Assembly: GCF_009834535.1 (NCBI RefSeq)
Contig: NC_045707.1
Coordinates: 64,358,001-64,422,000, forward strand
Direction: 5' to 3'
Origin: Camelus ferus
Lineage: Eukaryota
Length of the DNA: 64,000 nucleotides
This document shows positions 40,001 to 51,306 of the stretch, in pieces. Position 1 is the stretch's first letter, and each line of letters begins with the position of its first letter. The notes under the pieces were generated by a model. The model was given only the letters and a program-made list of their open reading frames with translations. It was not told where the DNA came from and ran no database searches. Position numbers and translations under genes: made by a program.

Positions 40001-41600
40001 CTTCTCTATTTCCTTGCCCATCTTGCTAGAGTTTTATCAATTTATTGATGTTTTCAAAGAATCAGCTTTTGTTTCATTGATTTTCCTCTACTGTTTCCCT
40101 ATTTTCAGTGTAATTATTTCTGCTTTTAACTTTTTAATTTCTTTCCTCTGCATACTTTACATTTGTTTTGCTCTTCTTTTTTCTAGTTTATTAAAGTGGA
40201 GGCTTAGATGATTGATTTGAGATCTTTCTTCTTTTCTGATGGAACTAATTTTGCTATAAATTTTCCTCTGCTTACTGCTTCACCTGCATCCCACAAATTA
40301 TGGTGTTATATTTTCATTTTAGTTCAGTTCAAAGTATGTTCTTGTCTTGTGATTGCTCTTTGACCTATGGATATTTAGAAGGGTGTTGTTTAATACCCAA
40401 GTATTTGGAAATATTCTTTTTCCTTTATGTTATTGATTCCCAGTTTAATTATGGTTAGAGAATATACTTTGCATATTTTCTGTTCTTTTCAAGTGTGCTG
40501 AGCTTGCTTTATGACCCAGAATGTGATCTTGGTGAATGTTCCATGTACGTTGGAAAAGAGTGTGTGAATTTTCAGAACTAGTTTTTTAGAGCTTTTTAAG
40601 AGTTTTTTTTTTTAAGAGTTTTTTATAGCATTGGTTGGAGTGGTCTATAAATATCTGCTTGATCCAGTTGGTTGATGGTGTTTGTTCTGTTTTTTTATAA
40701 ATTTGCCCTTGCTGATTTTCTGTTTACTAGTTCTATTTATTATTGGGAGAAAAGTGTGAAAATCCACAACTAAAATTGTAGATTTTTCTATTTCTCTTTT
40801 CATTTTGGTCAGTTTTCCTTCATGTATTAATTTTTCTCTTAGGCGGGTGCGTACACATTTAGGAGTATTATGTATTCTTGTGTATATTACACCATTATGT
40901 ACATCTTTATTCTTGTTAATTTTCTTCACTTTGAAGTCTATGTTGTCTGATTGTAATATTGTCACTCCAGCTTTCTTTTGATTTATATTTGCATGATATA
41001 TATTTTTTCCGTTCTTTCACTTTAATGTAGTTGATATGAGTTTCTTGCACTTCTGCAAATGCAGATGAGTCCAGGGTCAAGTGGTTGGAGGACAGAGAGA
41101 GGAAAAAGCTATGATGGTTGGCTCTCTCTCTTAGAATTGCTGTTTCACTGATAGAGAGGAAGCTTCCTCTCCTGCAGAGTTTTGACTCCTGTAGACTCTG
41201 TTTAGTGGCCAAGCCCACTGCTGCCACAGGGTTGCATGGGGTGGAGAAAAGAAAGAGGAGAATAGAAGAAGATTCCTGCAGTCTCTCTTAGCTTTGAACT
41301 CTCTTTTTCAGAACTAGTCTTTTGGAGCTAGAGTATTTCTCCTGGAGCTGTCTTTGTCTGCACCCTGCACTGTCCACTATGATGTGGCTAGAGGATACTG
41401 GGGGTGGGGAGATGGTAAACTTACTGCTGATGCTGTGGAATTTTGAATTCTATTTTTCATCCCCAATTCTTCTGCTACTGTTTACATTCCAGAGTTCTCA
41501 AATACCTGTTTTATACATTTTGTTCAGGCTTTATAGCTCTATTTAAAGTAAGTAACATGATAGAATGTGTTTGCTCCATCTTACCCGGCCTCAGAATCTC
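37090..41600 (-). mobile_element. Old L1M element, antisense, internally deleted
   Basis: Minus-strand ORF2 remnants (GLGKEFLT..., FCSVKDTVKGMKQQATEWKKIIANH; SDNIDFKVKKI..., EIEKSTILVVDFHTFL). An L1M 5'-end-like segment lies at ~41050-41600. Confidence 0.8.
38750..38836 (-). mobile_element. Very young, extremely truncated L1 3' tail nested in old L1
   Basis: ttttattgatttataatcattttacaatgttgtgtcaaattccagtgttcagcacaatttttcagtcattcatggac, flanked by identical atatatatcctataaatgtttt at 38728-38749 and 38837-38858. Confidence 0.85.
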
Positions 41601-42554
41601 CCATACCATTTTAAGCCCTTTAAAATTATTTTATTTTTGTTCAAGGGCTCCACAGTGGAGAATGGTTAGCTTTGTGCTTCTAGGATGCTCTCCTGAAACC
41701 TCTTCCTTGTTGAATCTGGTGCTCTATCTAGGCTCAGCTGTCCAGTGACGAATTTTAGGTCAGTAAATCCTGTGCAGGTATTCAGGGTTGTCTTGTGTGA
41801 GCGCTCAGGTTGTCAATGACACTGGGCACTGCCAGTCACAGACTCCTTGGTTCACTCCTCCCGTGCCTTCTATACTTCCACAGTCTCTGATTTTTCTCCC
41901 TCTTCCTCCAACTGCTCCTTAAACGTGCTTCTGGGTCTTGGCTATAGGCTCATTGTTCTTCTCATTCCACAAGTCTCTCTGAGGCAGTCTCGTCACTCAG
42001 GCTCTCAGTTTTCTGTCAGTATGCGTACGTTTCTTAAATATTGATCTCTAGTCCAGCACTTCCTCCTGAGGTCCATGTAAACATAATTGCTCTCTGGATG
42101 TTTCTGCTTCTATATATTATAGGCACCACAGGCTGACATTTCTCTGTCTCAATAAAGGGCACCCCATACATTGGGTTGCCAACTAGAAATAGAATTATCC
42201 TTAAATATCCACTGCTGGTTCCTTCCTAGAATACTAATTCAGTCATTGAATTTATTCTCTCTCTCTCTCTCTTTTTTTTTTTTTTTTTTGGTTAATTCCC
42301 ATATCTTAACACTCTGGAATTCATCTCTGCTCCACCCCTCTACTGCTGCCTCACCTGGGCTGTCCTCTTTGAAATATTTTGCCTGGTAGCTGTACACTGA
42401 CTCTTGCTTCTGCCTACTCCATTTTCTTGTATAACCAGAATAATCTTTGAGAGATGGAAATTTTATCTTGTTACTTCCCTCCTTAACTCTTATAAACTGT
42501 TCAATTTCTCTAATGTTTCATTTCTTGAATCATGTTATCCTCAATATCACTCAA

Positions 42555-43100
42555 CGTCTCTGCATTCATTTCCTGTTGCTCCATAAACAAATTGCCGTAA
42601 ATTTAGCAGATTCAAACAATACATATGTATTATTTCTCAGTATCTGTGAGTCAGAAAACTAGGCATGGGTGAGCTGAGACTTCTGCTGCAAGGTCTCTCA
42701 GAGGCCTTCAATTAAAGTGTGGCCAAGGCTAGTCTCCTAGATGAAGACTCAACTGACGAAAGATTTGCTTCCAAGCTCATTTACATGATTGTTGGCAGGA
42801 TTCAGTTCCTCAATTGTTGTTGCAACTGAGGGCCTCAGTTCTTCCCTGGCTTTTGGCTAGATGCCTCCTACTTCACATGGACCTCTCCAACATGGCAACT
42901 TGCTTCATCGAAGTCAGCAGGAGTCTCCTAGCAACACAAGAGTCATATCTTTTTTTAGTCTAATCATAGAAGTGACATTCCATCACCTTTGCCTTATCTG
43001 CTGGGTAGAAGTAAGTCAAAAGCAAGATCTAACTCACTCTCAATGGGTGTGAATGCCAGTAGATGTGGATCAGAGTCCCATCTGAATAGTCAGTCTATCA
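42555..43100. mobile_element. MaLR (MLT1-like) solo LTR
   Basis: atttcctgttgctccataaacaaattgcc...tattatttctcagtatctgtgagtcag...ttgttggcaggattcagttcct, typical MLT1 motifs. Confidence 0.7.
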
Positions 43101-43600
43101 CAGTCTCTTACCTCCTTTTTCATATCTCCTCTGTCAATTTCTCTGTGCTGCTTTCTGAATTATTACCTAAACTTTTCCAGTTTACTAATTTGCTTTTTAG
43201 TGGTGTCTGTTCTACTGTTTAACCCATACATTGAATTTCTCTAACTACTGTATTTTTCTTTTCTGTCATTTCCACTTGGGTTGAATCATGCCTGTTCCCT
43301 TTTCTTCAGATTCCTTATTCTTACTTTTCTCTTTTGTCTCTTTGGATTTTTAAATTAACTTATTTTGAAGCCCCCTTTGTTTTTCGTTTCAGTTTATTCT
43401 TTCTTAGACAGGAATCTTCCCACTTCTCCATCTTCTGACCATGTCTCATGGCAGTAGTTTCTGTGTGCTTTGTAATTTTTTAAATCTGTGAGTATGTCTT
43501 CAGTGGGACTTACCTTCCATGGAAACACATGGAAATTCCATTTATATCCTAGTTTCTAGAGACATCACTAAAAGATTGATTTTTCAGTTGCTTCTGTCTA
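43100..43600 (-). mobile_element. Old L1M ORF1 fragment
   Basis: ttttccagtttactaatttgc...tgtctgttctactgtttaacccatacattgaattt, typical of reverse L1M ORF1. Confidence 0.5.
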
Positions 43601-45401
43601 AGACCCTGTAATGCATACAGGCTCTAAAACATTTCTTTCTTAATCACCTATGAATGTCTCTTCCTTGGTTTTCCTCCTACTTTACTGCCATTCCTTCTCA
43701 CACATCTTTGCTGGCTCATTTTCATTCAGCTCCTTGACTCTAAATCTTGTAATTCTACCACGGACTCTGTCTTATATACTCTTCTTAATCAATATCCAGT
43801 TACTTGGCTTTAAATTTTATCTGTATTGGATGATTCACAAATCTCTCCCTCTCCAACCATGAACTATACACTTACTCAGTTTCTAATTTGACATCTCCAC
43901 TTTGATATTTAATAGGCTTCTTAGTCTTAGCATTTCCAAAATGTTTACATGAGTATATTCATAATGTTGAAGTGAGGGAGGTGATAGAGAAGTAGCATTT
44001 GAAGACAGAGAAGATAAATCTTATTCCAGATACTAGCTCAGTGGTCCTCAAGGACACTTCCAAATCAGAGGAACTCTTATTTTAGTCAGGAGAAACAAAG
44101 ATCACAGTGTCTAATCATCTTTGGCAAATTATGGTGGCTTGATTTCTTAAAAAAACGTTATAGTCTATTTAGCATGCTCGCGATTGGAGACATGAAGACT
44201 GGTTTCTATTGCTATTTCAGAATCCACATGAAATGTAGTTGCGATTTGAATGCTCTAAAAGCCTGAAGTCACTGGTACCCAGTGATTCCCAAGCTCCCGA
44301 GCTGTCCCATCAAGGCAAAAGCACTTGAGCCGACTGAAAAATAAACCTGTCTTCATATCCCTAAGTGAAAGTTGAAATCATATTGGTAAGAGAATTACAT
44401 GCTGGTCACAGAGGCTTGATGGAGGAAAAAGCTGTAAAAACTAGCAATTCCTCTACTACGAATATTCAGTAAGAATTCGAGGTACCCCGGAATTCTTTTA
44501 ACGAGACAGCATTTGTACAGCTTACTGTTGCTATAGGCACACTGAGGGAAAATCTGTCGTGCGTCGAGTTGCTAGGCACTATGTGGGTGGTGTGACTGTG
44601 TTGTGATCTGTTCATTCTGCTCATCATCTTATATAGAAGGTCTTAAATTTGCTTTACTAACTGGTGTTTGACCTAGTGATATTCTTTTGACTCACATGTG
44701 TGTGTTATCTGTTTCTTCCTGTGGCCAATGACAAACAGGAGAGTCATTCAAGTCAATGGATACTTACCTAACAGAAGGAATATGACTGGATTGCTTCATT
44801 TGGATGGCTGATTTACTAAGTAAGAAGGAGAGAACGGGTATCGTTGCACACCTGGAAGTGGCTACCAAAATGAATATACTCAGATTTCTGCCCTCAGCCA
44901 GCTTAAAATAGTCTACAAGAATTTTTTTTTTAATTACACATAGTTGATTATAATATGAGCAGGATAAAAAAAAGTGTAAAATAAGAATTGTATGAAATGC
45001 TATTGATTAAAGGAAGGAAAGCTTGAATATGATATAGATGGTTGTCATTTGAGGAAAAATTAGGACATCCAGGAAGAGACACTCAACAGGATGTTAGAAC
45101 CGTGCGTTTAGAGAAAGGGGGAAATTCCTGACTGCGAGAGGTCAGGAATATCGGAGAAATGGGACTTTTTCAAACTATACTCACTTCTGTCCACACAAAG
45201 TCTCTGAGATGCTTCCGTACCACCAAGTGTGTTCTCTTTGTTGAGGATAACGAAGCAAGGGAGGAAAATGGAGACTGACTGATCTAAATCCTTCACAAGT
45301 CTTACAGCTCCCTAAGAATGGATAATTCTCTTTATCAGATATTCTATTCATCTTACTGAATAAGGTCTTTGATTTTCGTTTCTGCTTCTTCCCCTTTTCA
45401 G

Positions 45402-45700
45402 GGTGCTTTTCAGGAAATAATGATCACTTTTTGGCAATTCATCGGAAGAAGAGTGGAAAACCAGCATTCATTTATCACCATTCACAAGACATTGAGAAGA
45501 GCCTGGATATAGCTCCACAAAAGATACATAAACATCGCTACCGTTCCTCTTCCGAAGCTCACATAAGCAAACACCACCAAATTGTTAATTCAGCATTTCC
45601 CAAACCTGCCTATGACCCGTCTCTCAATCTGTTGGCCATGGCCGGTCAAGACCTTGAAGTGGAAAACCTTCCAATCCCAGCAGCAAATGTAATTGTGGTG
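45402..45700 (+). CDS. PTPRR: PTPRR coding exon 2 (extracellular region, (G)CFSGNNDHFLAIHRKKSGKPAFIYHHSQDIEKSLDIAPQK...LEVENLPIPAANVIVV)
   Basis: Polypyrimidine tract followed by AG at 45400-45401. The 299-nt exon is phase-compatible with exon 1 (61+299=360 nt, 120 codons). Donor GTGAGT at 45701. The peptide matches the recalled PTPRR sequence (SQDIEKSLDIAPQK, AYDPSLNLLAM, QDLEVENLPIPAANVIVV). Confidence 0.97.
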
Positions 45701-48454
45701 GTGAGTATTGCATTTAACTGATGCTAATGCCAATGCTTTCTTCCGTGGTTGATGCTTAAAAACAAACAAACAGAAAACTGAATGGTGAATAGTTATCATT
45801 GGATCTCACTGATTATTTACCACAGCATTTCTTACTCTTTTTTGTTATTTGATTATTGCCTGTTGGCTTCCTCTCAAATGTAAGCTCATAAAATAAGAGG
45901 CCTTATCTGTATGCTCTGTGCAGACACGTCGCATGGTGCATGGTATGTACTTAATAAGTAATTTGAACCAAAAATTGCTTTAGGAAGTCCTTATAGTTAT
46001 ATCAGGTCATACCTGGCACTGAGTTTCCTGCCTTCTGTGATGATCTGTTCAAAGCAGGCAGGCCTTGGTCTCAGTTTATGTAAATAAATGGTACTTACTA
46101 AAGATCTTCTAATCACTTGACTCAGATGGTAAGAAATGAAGAGAACACTGAAGAGGGGGGTGTAGCGGGAGGGTAGTTTTCTGTAACTAGAGTAGATAAA
46201 GTGGTTTGGGAGTAATTAATTGATGGATAATATTCCTAATATCACTGAACAAGCATCATCCTTTATTCGTCAAGACGATGCAGTGGGCTCGTTGCTTATA
46301 TTCTCAGGGTTTGTAGCCCAGGCCAGAGATTGCCCATTTGTGGAGGTGTCATAGTTTAAATCCATCCTGAGGTAGACACCCTATTTGGACTATAGTCTCT
46401 CTCAAATTGAAAATTACAGTAAGGAGACCCTGAAACTACAGATCAGTAGCTAAATGGTTGTTAATTGCATTTCTGCCCCAAACATAATCAAATATGTTGA
46501 CTTTTAAGGCAAGATAATTCAATGAAACTGTGTTTGCATTTTGGCAACCTTTCTATAAACCTAATGTAATTAAATTTAACAAGCTTTTTTTCCTTTTCTT
46601 TTTTGTTTAAGTCTACTCTATATAAGGCACTTAACTTAGTACTGAGAGTCAAAGATCCCTTCATTGACATTTTCAGCCAGCAAACATCGAATATTTATTA
46701 TGATCCAGTCATCATTTGGGGTATCTCAAAATAGAGTCACGTGAATTGGAGTCTCTGGTTTTGCTTGGGAAATGTCTTGGGGGAAATGTTGGTGATGCAA
46801 TAAAGACCATAAATTGAGAACATAAGATGAGCTCTTGTTAAGAGAAAATTTGTGGGTCATTGGGCCTCCTGAAATTTTCTGCATTTATGAGTAACAGATG
46901 TTCTGAAGGTGAAAGCTATGCACTGTGTCTATTGCGTGAAGACAAATGATGGTAATGATGTCGCCGTATCTGGACTTGCCTGTGCTAATGCTCGGGCTCA
47001 TGAAAGGTGTTTCGTCTAGTGATCATCACACACCCATAGTCATCAGCCCTTAAAGTCCCTGTGAATTACAGACCAAGGGGTCTGTTCTGTCTTGTAACAT
47101 CATGTACCGTCCGGCTAATTTAAAATTATGGAGGATAAAAGGCATCAGTGAGGAACCCTGGCAGGTCCGTTCACTTTTAGCTCATTTGTGGTTTCATGCT
47201 TGATGAAGAAGCTGTGCTTTTTTCTTTTGAGTGATGATGACACAGTGGCAATAGGCGATTTTGCTCCATTCGCGTTCCTAACTGCTGTGAATCTAGTCTC
47301 TAACTGTGCTGTGGCTTTCGTAGCTTGCAACAGCGATTGCTGGTGCTAATGTTTCCTGTAATCCACTTACGTTACTTATGCCCACGGTGATTTAGTAGGA
47401 AAAGCAGAGAAGTGGAGTTATTTTTAAATAAATCAATAATGTTCGGCTTACTCAAAAAGCAGAGGGTCATCATTTAATCAGGTATCAGCTGGTCTGAAGG
47501 TTCATTCTATACAGAAAAGAGATTTAGGAATGGAATATAGAGGATGAAAGGGAGCTATTCCACTGCTAAATGATTTTGGTGGAGTAATTGATATTAGTTT
47601 GTGTGGCTAGCATGTACGTGTGTGTATATATTTGTATTTGAGGTATATTGCAGTGGTACCAAAGAATTAATTTGTGCCTTATTTTATACCAAAATGAGCA
47701 GTATTAATATGTATCCATTTTCTGAACTGGGGAAATGATTGTTTTGTTTTGTTTTGTTTTGTTTTAAGCCAAGGTAAAAAGCCACTCCCAGCTTCCAAAA
47801 TGTACTTGTATGTAACTTTTAAGGTTTCCTAGCTCAGAGGACAGATCACTTGTTTCTTTCTCTCGCTTGTTTCTGACATCCTTAAGACCATGCGTTTTAG
47901 AATGAAAAATGTAACAGGGACATGAAAGATGCATGTGTCCCTCCTCCTTTCCTGATTCCCAATTGCGCGCACAAAGCATTTCGTAAGAGCATTTGTCCAC
48001 AAATGAATTTTTTTCCTTTATAATCGGGAAAATCTGCAGTTTATTTATTCAAGGAGAGGACAGCACAATTAGAATGTTTATCCCAAAGCATGCTAATTAT
48101 GTTCTGGAAGCTCAGTTAAGAAGCTGTTATTAGGATTTCTGTACAGATGCAGTACAGAGGAAATATGAACATCTTCGAGGTCAGTGCTGTGGTAGGAGTG
48201 AAAAAAATGGCTTCAGACAGACGTGTGCTGAGAAGTCCATCCATGTACACTGGGCTACAAGCGGGCGGAGGGAGCCCTGGGGCGTGAGGGAGAGGTGGCA
48301 GAGGGGCAGATGCAGGCGTTTCCAGCTCAGCAAGTCAGGTTGGCTGCTGAGTGAAGAACGTTTTAGCTTGGGCAGAATATGAGAAAACTGGGGAATAGGA
48401 AGGCTTTGGAATATAAAGGGTGGTGAGATGATGGCTTGCTCCTCAGATGGATGT

Positions 48455-48610
48455 GAGGGAAGGAAAAGAAGAAGGAGAACTGAGAGAAGGAAGAGGAGGA
48501 AGGAAGGGAAGGAGAGAAGAGGGGACAGGAGGGGAGGGAAGGGGGCGGGAAAGAAAAGGAAGGGAAAGGAGAAAGGAAGGCAAGGAGGGAGGGAGGGAGG
48601 CAGGAGAAAG
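48455..48610 (+). repeat. Purine-rich (GA/GGAA) low-complexity tract
   Basis: Almost exclusively A and G on the + strand. Confidence 0.85.
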
Positions 48611-49154
48611 AGCGGCAGTTCTTGGGGCAGTGGGAAGACTTTTATGAGCCTGTAAGAAGATGATGGGGAGTTTCCAGGATGGTCTCTGTGAGATTCCTAG
48701 AATCCTAAAGCTTCTTGTCCTCACCACTCACCCAGACCATCACACAGACAGACGTTCTCTTGTTTTTTGACACAAAACATTCTTCGCAAAGATTTTTATC
48801 AAGTGGTTGATTTCGAAGACTGTTAAAGCCAGGAGCTTTGGATAACCTGTGTTTCAGTAACATCCTGAGCTCTGGTTTATACCCCGCTTTAGCCTGGTTA
48901 TGCTGTTGACCAGTTTTTGAGTTTCATCTTACAGGTAAAGAGAGAATTCCTAGGTGTGATTTGAAGGGCTTTGAAAAGTCCAGCCTTCTCATTGCTTTGC
49001 TATAGTCAATAAATTTTGTGGCACTTAGTGTATTATGTGTTGTGGATAAATAGTTGTTTTTTTAATAGACACATTGGTTTGATCATAATTTTGTATTTGT
49101 ATGGAGAATGTCCCAAAAAGGTGAATTTAATCTATACACCTGCTGTTGGAATTC

Positions 49155-49680
49155 TGCCATGTCAGGGTAGCCTTAGTGGTTAGGAATATTTTGTTGCAAG
49201 TGGCAAGAATCCAGTCCAAACTAAAGAAAATTTCATGGTTCAAGTAATAACACTTCTGTAGTATATCTAGTTTTAGGTACCGTTTGATCAAGGGCTCAAA
49301 TAATTGTCCAGGATCAATCTCCCAGCACTGCTTCCCGTGGAGTGACTTGATTCTCAAACTGGTTCTCTCTTCTTCATCTCATCATGTTTTCTCAAAACTG
49401 CTGGATTTTTATGTTTGGAGGCTTCTATTCAGTGGGAAAGAATGAGTCTTTCACAACTGTCAGTACTAACCTGGGCATCCCTGTAATTAGACCAATTTAA
49501 GTTAATTAGTCACTTCATCCTGTAACAATTTGTGGCCCGGTGACAGAATTAGGCATATTATCTCAAACCTCAACCACATGCCTCACCCCTCCAGCATCCC
49601 TAAAAACTCCCACGCTGTATTGGGGAGGGGAGGTTACGGGAATAAAAATTGGGACGCTATTAACAAGCAGAAATAGATGC
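49155..49680. mobile_element. Degenerate MaLR (MLT1-like) LTR
   Basis: tttgttgcaagtggcaagaatccagtccaaactaa... and internal MLT1-like motifs. Confidence 0.45.
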
Positions 49681-50534
49681 CAGACAGCAGCTAATGTATG
49701 CTGAAATGGAGGATCTGGACTTCAGTTTTGATTAAGATATGAGAGCCCCTTCAAGAAGTCATGAGTATGTGATGGCTTACAGCTTGGCTTCAGGAATGTG
49801 ATTCTTGTACAGAAATGGGTAACTAAAATTATATTCTAAACTCTGACACTCACCCAAATAAGCAACAAATTGACTCTGACATAGGAGAAAACTTAAGGTG
49901 CCGGGGCTTTGTCCTAACACCCAGACTTTTTGCCTATGACGACTATGAATTAGTGCAATCTCTTGGTCTCGTGATATTTTATTCCAAGAATATTTCAAAT
50001 GTGTGAAAACCACTGTTGCCTGTACACTTCTTGATAGTGACTGCTTCTACGTTGGGGACCGGAAAGGCTGCGTTGAGCTGTAGGGGAAACTGGTGCGTGG
50101 CTGGTTCCTGAGTTAGGTGACTTGCTCGTGTAGGCAACCTCAGAAAGTGTGAAGACAATGCAGGCTTTGGGAAAATTATGACTTATTATGTGTCAACGGT
50201 ATTTGGGGTCAGATAGTAAATACCGAGTCCACAAAACTAAATGGATGTCATACACAACCTACTACAGTGTAGTGCACGACTGGTATCTTTCAGTGCAGTC
50301 CTGGGACACTTGTCCCAAGTTCCTAGGAGGAATGAATATAAAAGCCTGAGAGAAAAAAATGTCTGCCATGTTTTAATATGGTAGGACATTTGTTAAAGAA
50401 GTCAAATGTGCGATTCTTTTCTTTGATTTTCAAATAAATGTGGTTATATTTTAGAAAGTTATTTCCTATCTTCCTTGCAAATGGCATTTTGTCTAGTAAA
50501 CCCTCCCACCTTTGTCATTTTGGATTTTGTCTGT

Positions 50535-51027
50535 GTATTAGTTATCTGTGGTCACGTAACATATTACTTCAACATCTAGCAGCTTAAAACAAGGAGTATT
50601 TATTATTCCGCACAGTTTCTGAAGGTCAGGAATCCGGGAGCAGATTAGCTGTGTAGTTCTGCCTCGGGCTTACTGCAGCCAAGCTGTCAGCCAGGGCTGA
50701 GTCTCTGAAGACTTGATGGAGCTGAACAATTCACTTCCAAGCTCACTCACACGGCTATTGGCAGGAGGCTTCAGTTCCTCAACGCGTGGACCTCCCTCTC
50801 CACAGGGCAGCTGACCCATGGCTCCCCCAGAGCACGTGGAGAGAGAGAGAGTCCACACTGCCATGTATGACCCAGCCTCCAAGTCACACAGCATCCTTTC
50901 CACTGTGTTCTATTCATTAGAAATGAGTTGCTAGGTCACGCCCACACTCATGGGGAGGGGACTTCAGAGGACATGAATACCAGGAGGCAGTGGTCACTGG
51001 GGACTGTCTTGGAGTTTGGGTACCACA
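50535..51027. mobile_element. MaLR (MLT1-like) solo LTR
   Basis: tgtattagttatctgtgg...agcagcttaaaacaa...tttattattccgcacagtttctgaaggtcaggaatcc...cttccaagctcactcac...taccaca. Confidence 0.75.
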
Positions 51028-51235
51028 ATTTTCAAAGCAAATTTAGCAAATTTGTTTTATGCCATTGCTTATTAACTATGACTTCAGTATACATGAGGAT
51101 ATGAGGACTTAATATAAACTTCAGGAAAGGTAGCTATGTGCACGAACCACGTTACTACAGAAACCACATCATATATATTAAAACTGGAAGAAACTATGTT
51201 AATATTACACCATCAAGAATTTAAAAAAAGGGAGG

Positions 51236-51306
51236 GTGGGGAAGGTATATCTCAGTGTTAGGTCCTGGGTTCAATCCCCAGTACCTCCATTAAAAAAAAA
51301 AAAAAA
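51236..51306 (+). mobile_element. Internally deleted tRNA-derived SINE
   Basis: ggggaaggtatatctcagtgtta|ggtcctgggttcaatccccagtacctccattaaaa..., lacking ~25 nt between the A and B boxes relative to the 35482 copy. Flanked by aagaatt(t)aaaaa. Confidence 0.8.

Larger units (their letters stand above)
21413..45401 (+). other. PTPRR: PTPRR intron 1 (23,989 nt, GT-AG)
   Basis: Bounded by the exon 1 donor and the exon 2 acceptor. It is repeat-rich, with no further recognisable PTPRR coding sequence. Confidence 0.9.

Noticed and set aside
33470..41600. ORFs with reverse-transcriptase/L1 similarity as active genes
   Set aside because: They are short fragments broken by stops and frameshifts. The elements are truncated or deleted and cannot be autonomous.
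45431..45721. 96-aa ORF as a standalone gene
   Set aside because: It is PTPRR exon 2 read from an internal TTG and through the donor site into the intron.
48428..48727. Arg/Lys/Glu/Gly-rich and Pro/Ser/Leu-rich ORFs
   Set aside because: Translation of a purine-rich low-complexity tract.
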